Assembly (NCBI GenBank): GCA_016874005.1
Contig: VGVQ01000011.1
Coordinates: forward strand, 48,415-112,414
Direction: 5' to 3'
From: Gemmatimonadota bacterium
Lineage (GTDB): Bacteria; Gemmatimonadota; Gemmatimonadetes; Gemmatimonadales; GWC2-71-9
DNA length: 64,000 bases
The notes below the pieces were generated by a model. It was not told the origin of the DNA, did no database searches, and worked only from the letters and a program-made list of their open reading frames with translations. Made by a program: the position numbers and the translations under genes. Of the stretch, positions 49,401-58,353 are shown one piece after another (the stretch's first letter is position 1; the number at the start of each line of letters is the position of its first letter).

Positions 49401-49464
49401 CCACCAATAGCGAGCCGAGGATGAGCGAGGCTGCGCGAACTCGCCCAAAGACTGATCGTCCCAT
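46426..49464 (-). CDS. SusC/RagA-type TonB-dependent receptor
   Basis: Start ATG 49464 (GAGGT RBS); carboxypeptidase-regulatory-like N-domain; LEEIVTT TonB box; plug DLNPEEIETIEIVKGPSAATLYG.QAANGVI.VTTKRG; LKPERS.E; C-terminal Phe. Confidence 0.93.
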   Translation of the reverse strand: MGRSVFGRVRAASLILGSLLVASTAAAQPGTLTGKVTDEATGQPLAGARIQAVTQQVYTLSTQAGQYTLRGLTPGQHSIRIFMLGYGSQTRTVTIAAGGSATLDWALKAVPFQLEEIVTTATGDQATRELGNTVGKIQTAQLVETAPTTNLAQVLSGRVAGVSVLQSNGTSGTGARVRIRGVSSVSLSNDPLLYIDGIRVAADAPAGAFIGGGTVSKLNDLNPEEIETIEIVKGPSAATLYGTQAANGVIRVTTKRGRAGAPQWTSWAEAGVLKDTYTYPSTYFNKRVGANADCLTWQEKTGVCQVEQRYSLDLLNNPASTPFTTGSRQQLGASLSGGSDALRYFLSAETEIEDGVLKLPNSEAEFLVGRRGLGSVDEIPRTQRRPNHFNKYNFRVNLTSSPRSNLDISVSSGFIVNNIRLPQTGDNFQSMIGTAMFGSANPAVFATTGGYGFSRPGNSIGEETYRKNDHYINSGTVNWRPLSWLSTRATVGLDYLGYVDEQNVLRGQGCVTCGTENQGKRMFNRLIDTKYTVDLNATAQYSLLKRIGAKTSFGAQYNHDKLFAVFAQADILPPGIISLSAGAQKSLNEQTTDVITLGTYVEQQFSLDDRLFITGALRIDDNSAFGAEFRSARYPKLSGSWVVLENRDRGLLNSFRVRAAYGATGQSPRPLDALTYASPVTSSIFGQPSIPGVTLGGLGDANLKPERSREIEGGFDIGLLDNRVNIEVTGYNKRTEDALVLRTQPYSVGGVSARLENVGVVSNKGIEVSVNARVIETRNIVWDLQVEAAGNRNRLVSLAPGVPPIVGFGFKNIPGYPMFGLWWQGLTSFNDANGDGAISPSEVVVTDTLIFHGSTIPTRTMAVNTSLSLFKNKLRLGGQIDYRGGYVTLNVNDLFRCAFQVNCEQLHDPNASLEDQAKAVAGPRAFGSFAENAEHIRLREASLTYNAPVSLARVFGARSMNVTLTGRNLWIKKYGFKSWDPENNTQSRDDTNYNFVQQAQPVIGILRINLGF

Positions 49465-49863
49465 CGATACCTCGTCGTGGAAGATTGACATGAGCCGGTG
49501 CTGCGACCCCCGGTTGATGGCTCGACTGGCAACCGAGGAGCGGCGTCGTGCTCCCGTGACAGATCCCTGTCTCGTCGGGAAAATGCTGAGACGCCATTGG
49601 TCGCCCGAACCTCTCGGGCGCCGTCGACTCCGGTTTGTCGCTGTGTTTCTCTAATATGCGGCTCATCCCGAGAACCGCAACCCCGGCCGCGAAACCGTGG
49701 CCCCGCGGCCCGCATCGGCAGAGGGCTGTTGCCCGGCGAGATGCCGAGGGGACGAACGGGGCGCTGGCCGAACTGCCACCGTCGGATTCAAACGGCGCCC
49801 CCGCCGAGACGAGCGGCTGGCGCCATTTGGCGACCGAGTCGTCCCCGTCGAGGCACCCCAAAC

Positions 49864-49873
49864 CTGTATACAA
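49864..49873. promoter_or_regulatory. Candidate GntR-type operator CTGTATACAA
   Basis: AT-rich near-palindrome in the divergent susC intergenic region; related words at 50043, 61068 and 61080. Confidence 0.5.
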
Positions 49874-50042
49874 ACGACACGGAACCCGTGTCGGTCCGAC
49901 TCGCGGAAACGACACGTGGAATCAGGGGCCCACACGGCAAATCGCTTCGGGCCAATTGGTTAGCCGGCTGTGGCTGGTCGGTACGGGCGTTGCCACCCTG
50001 CCGGGGCAGGGGACGGACAAGGCCTTTCCTTGGCCGACCGCT

Positions 50043-50057
50043 TTGGATACAATCCAA
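50043..50057. promoter_or_regulatory. Candidate operator TTGGATACAA(TCCAA) overlapping a TACAAT -10-like hexamer
   Basis: 35-50 nt upstream of the susC GTG; also forms the TTGGAT-aca-ATCCAA inverted repeat. Confidence 0.5.
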
Positions 50058-50091
50058 CGTTCGTTGGTTTTCCACCCCAAGGAGGCACGCG

Positions 50092-53000
50092 GTGAGACAA
50101 CGTCGGTTGCGAGGGGTTCTCGCAGTCGCTCTGCTCGGGCTCGTGGTTGGCTCCGCCCAGGCCCAGCAAAGCTCCATCTCCGGGAAAGTGACGGATCAGT
50201 CGAACGGCCAACCCTTGGCCGGCGCGCGGGTCCAAGCCACCGGAACGAATTACATCGGTATCACCAACGCCCAGGGCACCTACACCATCCGCGCGGTCAA
50301 TGCCGGTTCGTACACCCTACGGGTCGTGATGCTGGGGTATGCCTCCCAGACCCGTTCCGTGACGGTCACGGCGGGCCAGGCAGCCACCGCCGATTGGACC
50401 CTCAACGCCGTCCCGTTCACCCTCGAGGAGATCGTGACGACGGCGACGGGTGAGCAGCTCAAGCGCGAGCTGGGGAACACCGTCGCGAACATCGAGGCAA
50501 CCCAGTTGGTCCAGCAGGCCCAGACCCCGGACTTGAGCGCCGTGCTGAACGGCCGCGTGGCGGGCGTCACGGTCATCCAGAACGACGGCGTGGCCGGCTC
50601 CGGCTCCCGGATCCGGATCCGAGGGATCAGCTCGGCATCGCTGTCCAACGACCCGCTCCTCTACGTCGACGGCGTTCGCGTCGCCGAACGGGGACAGGCC
50701 TTGTCGGTGTATGCCGGCGGCGGCTCGCCCTCGTTCTTGAACGACGTCAACCCGGAAGAGATCGAGAACATCGAGATCGTCAAAGGCCCCTCCGCGGCCA
50801 CCCTCTACGGGACCCAGGCGGCCAACGGCGTCATTCGAATCACCACCAAGCGCGGGAAGGCCGGCCCCGCCAAGTGGAGCCTCTACACCGAGCAAGGGCT
50901 GGTCGAAGACCCGAGCAAGTACCTCGACGTCTGGTTTTCTCGCGGGACGAACGGCAACCAGTGCTTCGTCTTCGTTCAGGCATTGGGTGGCTGCACAATC
51001 CAGAGCCTTCACCACCTCAACTTGATGCGGGACGAGCCATATCGGGCCCTCAAGACCGCTTATCGCTATCAGTATGGAGCCCAGGTCAGCGGGGGGACCG
51101 ACGCGGCCCGCTATTTCGTCGCCGCGGAATTCGAGGACCAGGAAGGTCTGTTCAAGATGCCCAAAGCGGAGATCGACTTCCTCAATCAGGTCCGCGGGGA
51201 TGTCCCGATCCCGAGTGAGCAGCTCGAGCCGAACCACCTCCGGAAGATCAACCTCCGGAGCAACCTCAACGCCTCGCTCTCGAGCAAGGCGGACGTCTCG
51301 CTCTCGCTTGGCTATACCAACAACGACAACCTGATTCCCCAGACCGGTGACAACCTCGAGGGGATCCTGGCGACCTCGACCTATGGTACGGCCAACCCCT
51401 CGGCGCCGCAGCCCTATGGCTTCGCTCGGCCGGCGTTCGGGTTCTCCAACACGATCTATCGCAAGAGCAACCACTTCATCCAGAGCGGAACCGCCAACTT
51501 CCGCCCCACCAACTGGCTTTCGACCCGGGCCACCGTGGGGCTCGATTACATCGGCTACGAGGATCAGGGCCTCGCCCGCAACGGCGAGTCCTGTCCATTC
51601 TGCGGCAACGGCCAAGGGTACCGGTCCCTCAATCGGTTCCAGAGCTACAAGTACTCGGTCGACCTCGGGGCCACCGCCACGGTGTCGCTGACCAACAGGA
51701 TCGGAAGCAAGACCTCCGTCGGGGCGCAGTACAATCGCGACAACCTGACCGCGTCGCTCAACTTCGGCGCGGTGCTCCCGCCCGGCGCCGAGACCTTCAC
51801 CGGGGCGGCTAACAAGACCTCGTCCGAGCTGACGACTCGTTTCGTCACGCTCGGCAGCTACATCGAGCAGCAGTTCAGTCTCGACGATCGCCTCTTCCTG
51901 ACCGGCGCCGTCCGGGTGGACCAGAACAGCGCCTTCGGTGAGGACAGCCGCTCCGCGACCTACCCCAAGGTCGCCGGCTCGTGGGTGGCGCTCGAGCAGC
52001 GTGAGAAGGGGCTCATCAGCTCGCTCCGACTCCGGGCCGCCTACGGCGCCTCCGGTCAGCAGCCGGGCCCGCTCGACGCCATTCAGTTCTACACCGGCAC
52101 GACCAATGCCGTGTTCGGCGGCAACCAACCCGGCGTGAGCTTGGGCAACCTGCGCGATTTCAACAGCGGCCTTGGCAATAGGCTGCTTCGTCCGGAACGG
52201 TCACAGGAGATCGAAACCGGCTTCGACGTCGGCTTGCTCGGCGGCCGGGTGAACCTCGAGGCCACCGTCTACCGGAAGGACACCAAGGACGCCCTCGTCC
52301 AGCGGCTCCTGGCCGGGTCGCTCGGCGCGGTCAACGCCCGGACTGACAACGTCGGGAAGGTCCGCAACGAGGGCATCGAGATCTCGCTCTTCAGCCGGAT
52401 CATCGATGCCTCGAGCTTCCAGTGGGATGCCCAGCTGGAGATCTCCGGCAACCGCAATCGGCTCCGTGAGCTGGCCGAGGGCGTGCCGCCGATCACCGGG
52501 TTCGGCTTCCAGCAGCGGGTCGGCTTCCCGCTCTACGGCGGTTGGTGGCCCCGAATCACCGATTGGGGCGATGCCGACAACAATGGTGTCATCACCCCGA
52601 ACGAAGTGACCGTGAGCGACACCGCCGAGTTCCTGGGCCCGACGATTCCTACCAGAACCCTGGCGCTCAACAACAACATCACCCTGTTCAAGGGCAAGCT
52701 CCGCATTGGCGCCCAGGTCGAGTACAAGGGCGGCTTCAACTCGCTCGAAGTGAGCACCATGTTCCAGTGCCTGTTCGTGGGCAACTGCCAAGCTATGAAC
52801 GACCCGTCGGCGTCGCTCTGGGACCAGGCCCGAGCCCTCTCCGGCGTGTTCGGCGACTATGCCGAGGATGCCTCCTTCATCCGGCTCCGCGAGGCCAACA
52901 TCGCCTGGACTTTGCCGGTTTCATGGGCGCGGTTGATCGGGGCCTCGAATGGCAACCTGACGCTCACCGGCCGTAACCTTCTCCACCACCTGCCCAACTT

Positions 53001-53121
53001 CGGCGGCTGGGATTCGGAGATCAACACCGCGGCGGGCGTCGCGGGCGATGGGCCGAATTACAACTTCGTCCAGCCCGGCCAGCCGCGGTTCTTCACGTTC
53101 CGCGTCAACCTGAGCTACTGA
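50092..53121 (+). CDS. SusC/RagA-type TonB-dependent receptor (divergent paralog)
   Basis: AAGGAGG then GTG 50092; signal peptide; same plug motif (DVNPEEIENIEIVKGPSAATLYG); C-terminal aromatic Tyr. Confidence 0.93.
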   Translation: MRQRRLRGVLAVALLGLVVGSAQAQQSSISGKVTDQSNGQPLAGARVQATGTNYIGITNAQGTYTIRAVNAGSYTLRVVMLGYASQTRSVTVTAGQAATADWTLNAVPFTLEEIVTTATGEQLKRELGNTVANIEATQLVQQAQTPDLSAVLNGRVAGVTVIQNDGVAGSGSRIRIRGISSASLSNDPLLYVDGVRVAERGQALSVYAGGGSPSFLNDVNPEEIENIEIVKGPSAATLYGTQAANGVIRITTKRGKAGPAKWSLYTEQGLVEDPSKYLDVWFSRGTNGNQCFVFVQALGGCTIQSLHHLNLMRDEPYRALKTAYRYQYGAQVSGGTDAARYFVAAEFEDQEGLFKMPKAEIDFLNQVRGDVPIPSEQLEPNHLRKINLRSNLNASLSSKADVSLSLGYTNNDNLIPQTGDNLEGILATSTYGTANPSAPQPYGFARPAFGFSNTIYRKSNHFIQSGTANFRPTNWLSTRATVGLDYIGYEDQGLARNGESCPFCGNGQGYRSLNRFQSYKYSVDLGATATVSLTNRIGSKTSVGAQYNRDNLTASLNFGAVLPPGAETFTGAANKTSSELTTRFVTLGSYIEQQFSLDDRLFLTGAVRVDQNSAFGEDSRSATYPKVAGSWVALEQREKGLISSLRLRAAYGASGQQPGPLDAIQFYTGTTNAVFGGNQPGVSLGNLRDFNSGLGNRLLRPERSQEIETGFDVGLLGGRVNLEATVYRKDTKDALVQRLLAGSLGAVNARTDNVGKVRNEGIEISLFSRIIDASSFQWDAQLEISGNRNRLRELAEGVPPITGFGFQQRVGFPLYGGWWPRITDWGDADNNGVITPNEVTVSDTAEFLGPTIPTRTLALNNNITLFKGKLRIGAQVEYKGGFNSLEVSTMFQCLFVGNCQAMNDPSASLWDQARALSGVFGDYAEDASFIRLREANIAWTLPVSWARLIGASNGNLTLTGRNLLHHLPNFGGWDSEINTAAGVAGDGPNYNFVQPGQPRFFTFRVNLSY

Positions 53122-53174
53122 ACGCACGACCCGGACCGGGGCGGCAACCGCCGCCCCAATGGAGACGATACCAG

Positions 53175-54503
53175 ATGAGAACCACTACCGCACTGGCGTT
53201 CGCCCGAGGGCTCCGCGGTCTGGCCGCGGCCGCCGTGGTCGCGTTCGCCGCGGGTTGCTCGACCGACGACCTCCTCCAGGTCGAACGCCCCGACGTCATT
53301 CCACCCGAGTCGCTCCAAGGTGCGCTCGGAGCCACTGCCCTGTACAACGGCGCCATCGGCGACATGGCGTTCGCCCAGGGCAACTTCAGCGGCTTGATGC
53401 TCGCCTCGGGCCTCTTCAGCGACGAGTTCCGGTTCGGCGGGACCCCGCCTGAGGTCCGCCAGTTCGACTTGGGCGCGATTCAAGTGGAGAACGCCTTCTC
53501 CCAAGGGATCTGGCTCAACATGCATCGCGGTCGCCAAGCCGCGGAGAAAGCGGCGGTCGCCGTCGCCGCGGTCAACGCGGCCGATGGCCGCGTCGCGGAG
53601 TTGAAAGGCCTCGCGGCGCTCGCCACCATCTGGATCGGCGAGACCTACTGCAGCGGGACCCCGTTCAGCGACTTCGGACCGCCCGAGGTGTTCGGCGCCC
53701 CGCTGTCGACCCAGCAGACCATGGATCGGGCGATCACCCTGATCAACGAAGGACAGGCGTTCGCGGCCGCGACACCGCGGGTCAAGAACTTCCTGGCCGT
53801 GCTCAAGGGCCGAGCGCTTCTCAACAACGGTCAGTTCGCCGCGGCGGCGACGGCCGTCGCCTCGGTTCCGATCGACTTCGTCTACGAGTTCTTCTACTCC
53901 GCGGCCGACGCCCGGACCCAGAACACCATGAAGGGCTTCATCTACGACTTCGACTACATGTCGGTGTCCGACGGTGAAGGCGGCAACGGCCTCAACTACG
54001 CCTCGGCCAACGATCCCCGAGTTCCGGTCACTCAGGACTTCGGCCCGGTCTCCCGGTTCGACGGCCGGACCCCGATGTTCCAGTTCCCGCTCTACAACAG
54101 CTTCGGTAGCCCGATCATCAACGCCTCCGGCAAAGAGGCCGTGTTGATCAAAGCGGAGGCCGCGCTCCAGGCCAACAACATCAGCGTCTGGCTGGCGCGA
54201 CTCAACGAGGTCCGGGCCACCCGCACCGACCTCCCTGGTCTCACCGATCCGGGGACGGCGGCCGCTCGGGTCAATCTGATGTTCCGCGAACGGGCCTTCT
54301 GGATGTTCGCCACCGCCCACCGCCTGGGCGACATGCGCCGATTGGTGCGGCAGTACAGCCGGGCCTCGAACACGATCTTCCCGACCGGGCCGTACCACAA
54401 GGACCAGCTGACCCGCGGAAACCAGGCCAGCATCATCATTCCGCAGACGGAACAGAACAACCCGAATTACAGCGCCTCGGCTTGCGATCCAACCAAGGCG
54501 TAA
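53175..54503 (+). CDS. RagB/SusD-like outer-membrane lipoprotein
   Basis: Lipobox AAGC; GLFSDE; FRERAFWMF..AHRLGDMRR; clear paralog of 45093-46406. Confidence 0.85.
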   Translation: MRTTTALAFARGLRGLAAAAVVAFAAGCSTDDLLQVERPDVIPPESLQGALGATALYNGAIGDMAFAQGNFSGLMLASGLFSDEFRFGGTPPEVRQFDLGAIQVENAFSQGIWLNMHRGRQAAEKAAVAVAAVNAADGRVAELKGLAALATIWIGETYCSGTPFSDFGPPEVFGAPLSTQQTMDRAITLINEGQAFAAATPRVKNFLAVLKGRALLNNGQFAAAATAVASVPIDFVYEFFYSAADARTQNTMKGFIYDFDYMSVSDGEGGNGLNYASANDPRVPVTQDFGPVSRFDGRTPMFQFPLYNSFGSPIINASGKEAVLIKAEAALQANNISVWLARLNEVRATRTDLPGLTDPGTAAARVNLMFRERAFWMFATAHRLGDMRRLVRQYSRASNTIFPTGPYHKDQLTRGNQASIIIPQTEQNNPNYSASACDPTKA

Positions 54504-54544
54504 CCCGGGCCGCCCCAACGGGGCCCGCTCTGACCCGCAGCACG

Positions 54545-54571
54545 GAGGAGCCGCCGATGAGGCGGCTCCTC
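54545..54571 (+). terminator. Hairpin downstream of the plus-strand susD
   Basis: GAGGAGCCGCC-gatga-GGCGGCTCCTC, an 11-bp stem followed by a pyrimidine-rich tract. Confidence 0.55.
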
Positions 54572-54600
54572 TCGTTCCCACTCGGCGCTAGATTGGGACC

Positions 54601-55767
54601 ATGACCCTGCCAATCGACCGGTCCTGGTGCCTCGAGACCCTCGCCAGCCTCGTCCGGATCAACTCCATCAACTCCACCCTCCGCCCAGGCGCTCCCGGCG
54701 AGGCCGAGATTGGCCACTATACCGCCACCCGACTCGGCGAGATCGGCCTCGAGGTAAGAACCCACGAACCACAGCCCGGCCGAATCAGCGTCACCGGCCG
54801 CCTCATAGGCACCGGCGGCGGCAGAACGCTGATGCTCAACGGGCATTACGACACCGTCGACGTCGACAACATGCCAGAGCCATTCTCGGCCGCGGTGCGC
54901 CACGGCAGGCTCTATGGCCGGGGCGCGTTCGACATGAAGGGCGCGGTCGCCGCCTGCATGACGGCCGCGAAAGCGCTGAAGGACTCCGGCCGGAAGCTCC
55001 GCGGCGACCTCATCGTGGCCGCCGTCGCCGACGAGGAGTACGGCAGTGTCGGCACCGCGGACCTGGCCAAAGCAATCAAGGTCGACGGCGCCATCGTCAC
55101 CGAGCCCACCGCGCTGCGAACCTGCCTGGCCCACAAAGGCTATCTCTGGATCGAGGTCGAGACTCGCGGCAAGGCCGCCCACGGAAGCCGGTTCGCCGAA
55201 GGAATCGACGCCAATGTCCGGATGGGTCGCTTCCTCACGGAGCTGGAGCGGCTCGAGCGAGAGCTCCGGGCCCGGCCGCCGCACCCGCTGGTGGGCCCTC
55301 CGTCGCTTCACGCCGCCACCCTCAATGGCGGCACCGGGCTCAGCACCTACGCCGACCGATGCCGCCTGGTCATCGAACGGCGCACCGTACCCGGCGAGAC
55401 CGAGGCCTCGGTCATGGGCGAGATCGAAACCATCCTCGCCCGGCTTCGTTCCGCCGATCCAACCCTGCAGATCTCGGCCAAACCGTTCTTCGTCCGGAAC
55501 CCGTTCGAGGTCTCGCCGGCCGCGACCATCGTGTCGGAGCTCGCCGCCGCCGCCGAATCGGTGCTGGGGGCTCGGCCAGCCAGCTTCGGCGACACCCCAT
55601 GGATGGACTCGGCCCTGCTCGCGGAGGCCGGCGTCGAGGTGGTGGTGTTCGGGCCCTCCGGGGCGGGGGCCCACGCGGTCGAGGAGTGGGTCGACTTGGA
55701 GAGCGTCTACCAGACCGCCGCGGTCCTCGCGGAGACGGCGGTGCGCTATTGTGGAGTGTCGTCATGA
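54601..55767 (+). CDS. ArgE/DapE (M20) family deacylase
   Basis: LNGHYDTV, GRGAFDMKG, ADEEYGS, IVTEPT, GKAAHGS, WMDS, GAHAVEE. Confidence 0.9.
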   Translation: MTLPIDRSWCLETLASLVRINSINSTLRPGAPGEAEIGHYTATRLGEIGLEVRTHEPQPGRISVTGRLIGTGGGRTLMLNGHYDTVDVDNMPEPFSAAVRHGRLYGRGAFDMKGAVAACMTAAKALKDSGRKLRGDLIVAAVADEEYGSVGTADLAKAIKVDGAIVTEPTALRTCLAHKGYLWIEVETRGKAAHGSRFAEGIDANVRMGRFLTELERLERELRARPPHPLVGPPSLHAATLNGGTGLSTYADRCRLVIERRTVPGETEASVMGEIETILARLRSADPTLQISAKPFFVRNPFEVSPAATIVSELAAAAESVLGARPASFGDTPWMDSALLAEAGVEVVVFGPSGAGAHAVEEWVDLESVYQTAAVLAETAVRYCGVSS

Positions 55768-57089
55768 GCCACGTCTTTGGCCGCTTCACCACCTTCACCA
55801 TGCCCACCCTGGTTCGGGGCGAGGGCAGCTACCTCTACGACGCCGGCGGAAAGCGGTATCTCGACGCCTGCGGCGGCGCGGCGGTGACCTGTATCGGTCA
55901 CGGCAACGCCCGGGTCGGTGCCGCCATCGCCGAGCAACTCGCCAAGGTCTCGTACTGCGCCACGACGTTCTTCACCAGCGAGCCCGCCGAGGCGCTGGCC
56001 GACGAGTTGATCCGCGACGCGCCGGCCGGACTCACCAAGGTGTTCTTCGGCAGCGGCGGCTCGGAGCAGATCGAAGGAACTCTCAAGCTGGCCCGCCAAT
56101 ACGCCCTCGCGATCGGGGAGCCGAGCCGGACCCGGTTCATCTCCCGCCGCCAGAGTTTCCACGGCAACACCCTGGGGGCGCTCGGGGTGACCGGCTATCC
56201 CAAGCGGCGGGAGCCCTACCTGCCGATGATCGTCGATTCGACCAAGATCGCGCCCTGCTACGGCTATCGCGGCCAGCACGACGGGGAGACCGCCGAGGCC
56301 TACGGGCTCCGGGTCGCCAACGAGCTGGAGGAGGCCCTCGAGCGCCTCGGCCCGAAGACGGTGATCGGGTTCATCGCCGAAACGATGGTCGGGGCCACGT
56401 TAGGCGCGGTCCCGGCGGTGCCGGGATATTTCCGCCGGATCCGGGAGATCTGCGACCGGCACGGCATCCTCTTCATCATCGACGAAATCATGTCGGGGAT
56501 GGGCCGGACCGGCACCCGCTACGCCATCGCCGAGGAAGGGGCGGCCCCCGACCTGATCGTGCTCGCCAAGGGACTCGGCGCCGGCTTTCAGCCGGTCAGC
56601 GCCACCCTGGTCCACGACCGGATCTACCAGGCCATTCACAAGGCCCACGGCCTCTTGGTACACGGCCACACCTACCAGGCCCACCCGGTGGCGTGCGCCG
56701 CGTCGCTTGCGGTCCAGCACGTCATCCGCGACGAGAATCTGCTGGCCAACGTCCGGAAGCAGGGGGCCTACCTGGAGGCGAGTCTCCGGCGCGCCTTCGG
56801 CGACCACCCGAACGTCGGCGATATCCGGGGGCGAGGCCTCTTCTGGGGCGTCGAGTTCGTCGCCGACCGGGCCACCAAGCGCCCCTTCCCCGCGGCCCGG
56901 GCCGTCGGGTGGAACCTCAGCCGGGCGGCGTTAGGTCACGGGATGATGTTCTATCCAGGAATGGCCACCGCCGACGGCGTCGACGGCGATCACCTGATCC
57001 TCGCCCCGGCCTACACCACCACCGCCGGGGAAGTCGACGAGATGGTGGCCGGGATGGTGGCGACCGTGAAGGAGGTGCTCGGCCAGTGA
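55764..57089 (+). CDS. Class III PLP aminotransferase
   Basis: ATG 55764; YLDACGGAAV..IGH, SFHGNTLG, IIDEIMSGMGRTG, PDL..LAKGL, HGHTYQAHP. Confidence 0.9.
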   Translation: MSHVFGRFTTFTMPTLVRGEGSYLYDAGGKRYLDACGGAAVTCIGHGNARVGAAIAEQLAKVSYCATTFFTSEPAEALADELIRDAPAGLTKVFFGSGGSEQIEGTLKLARQYALAIGEPSRTRFISRRQSFHGNTLGALGVTGYPKRREPYLPMIVDSTKIAPCYGYRGQHDGETAEAYGLRVANELEEALERLGPKTVIGFIAETMVGATLGAVPAVPGYFRRIREICDRHGILFIIDEIMSGMGRTGTRYAIAEEGAAPDLIVLAKGLGAGFQPVSATLVHDRIYQAIHKAHGLLVHGHTYQAHPVACAASLAVQHVIRDENLLANVRKQGAYLEASLRRAFGDHPNVGDIRGRGLFWGVEFVADRATKRPFPAARAVGWNLSRAALGHGMMFYPGMATADGVDGDHLILAPAYTTTAGEVDEMVAGMVATVKEVLGQ

Positions 57090-58351
57090 GCCTCGCGACT
57101 ACCGAGCCGCCCGTTCGATCCGTACCTTTCGGGATGCGCCTCTCACCTCTCGGGTTCGGCTTGCTGCTCGCGACTTCGGCCGCCGCGCCGGTCGGGGCCC
57201 ACGCCCAGCCCAACGACGCCGTCCTGATCCGCGGCGGCACCATCCACACTGCCGCCGGTGCCCCGATCCAGAACGGGTCCGTCCTCCTTCGCGGCGGCAA
57301 GATCGTCGCGATCGGGTCCACCGTCACCGCGCCCGCGGGAGCGCGAGTCATCGACGCCTCGGGCCGGGATGTCGTCCCGGGCTTCATCGACAATCACGCC
57401 CACATCGGCGCCAAGACCACCGACCTCAACGATTTCCCGATGGTCATCGGCCCCCAGCATCGGTTCCTCGACGTCATCGATGCCTTCTCCGATGACTGGA
57501 AGCGGGCGGTCTCCGGCGGGGTGACCACGGTGGTGACCGGGCCTGGCAGCGGCGAGAACGTGAGCGGGATGGCCGTCGTGATGAAGACCTTCGGCGGAGC
57601 CGATCTCTCCAAGCGGATCCTGCTCGAAAAGGGCGGGATGAAGTTCGCCATGGGCCCCAAGTCGCGGGACCGCTACCCAACGACCTCGATGGGCGTCGCC
57701 GCCAGTCTCCGCCAATACCTGATCAAGACCCAGGAGTACCTGGCCGCCCAGAAGAAGTGGGAGGACGACGGCCGCAAGGGTAATCCGCCGGCCCGCGACT
57801 TGGGCTACGAGAGCATGGCCGAGGTGCTCACCAAGCGGACCTACGTCCGAGCCCACGTCCACAGCGCCACCGACGTGATGACCCTGGTCCGGCTCAAGGA
57901 CGAGTTCGGGTTCGACCTCACCCTCCATCACTCCACCGAGGCGTACAAGGTGGCGCCCGAGTTGGCCAAACGCGGCATCTCCGCGGTGGTGCTGCCGTTA
58001 GGCCCCCGGATCGGGATCAGCGAAGATGCCATGGCGGGCCCGTACCTGCTCTGGAAAGCCGGCGTCAAGATCGCGATGCATGCCGACGCCCCGGTGATCG
58101 ACCAGAAATGGCTCCGGCTCTGCGCCTCGCTGGCGATGCGCTACGGGATTCCCGAAGACGAGGCCCTCAAGATGGTGACCAGGAATGCCGCCGAAATTGC
58201 CCGGGTGGCCGACCGAGTCGGCAGCCTCGAGGTGGGGAAGGATGGCGACCTGGTGATCTTCGACGGACCCTGGTACGAGCCCAGGTCGCGAGTCCAGTTC
58301 GTGCTCGGCGACGGCCAGGTGATCTTCGACCGGGCCGCGGAGGGCAACTGA
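57086..58351 (+). CDS. Secreted amidohydrolase (imidazolonepropionase-like fold), metal ligands intact
   Basis: PGFIDNHAHIG, MKFAMG (carbamylatable Lys), RAHVH, LHHST, HADAPV; start GTG 57086 or ATG 57134. Confidence 0.82.
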   Translation: MSLATTEPPVRSVPFGMRLSPLGFGLLLATSAAAPVGAHAQPNDAVLIRGGTIHTAAGAPIQNGSVLLRGGKIVAIGSTVTAPAGARVIDASGRDVVPGFIDNHAHIGAKTTDLNDFPMVIGPQHRFLDVIDAFSDDWKRAVSGGVTTVVTGPGSGENVSGMAVVMKTFGGADLSKRILLEKGGMKFAMGPKSRDRYPTTSMGVAASLRQYLIKTQEYLAAQKKWEDDGRKGNPPARDLGYESMAEVLTKRTYVRAHVHSATDVMTLVRLKDEFGFDLTLHHSTEAYKVAPELAKRGISAVVLPLGPRIGISEDAMAGPYLLWKAGVKIAMHADAPVIDQKWLRLCASLAMRYGIPEDEALKMVTRNAAEIARVADRVGSLEVGKDGDLVIFDGPWYEPRSRVQFVLGDGQVIFDRAAEGN

Positions 58352-58353
58352 CC

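Noticed and set aside
45093-54503. Invertible (shufflon-like) susCD locus
   Set aside because: The inverted paralogs differ at many synonymous positions even in the conserved plug; no recombinase or long perfect inverted repeats were seen.
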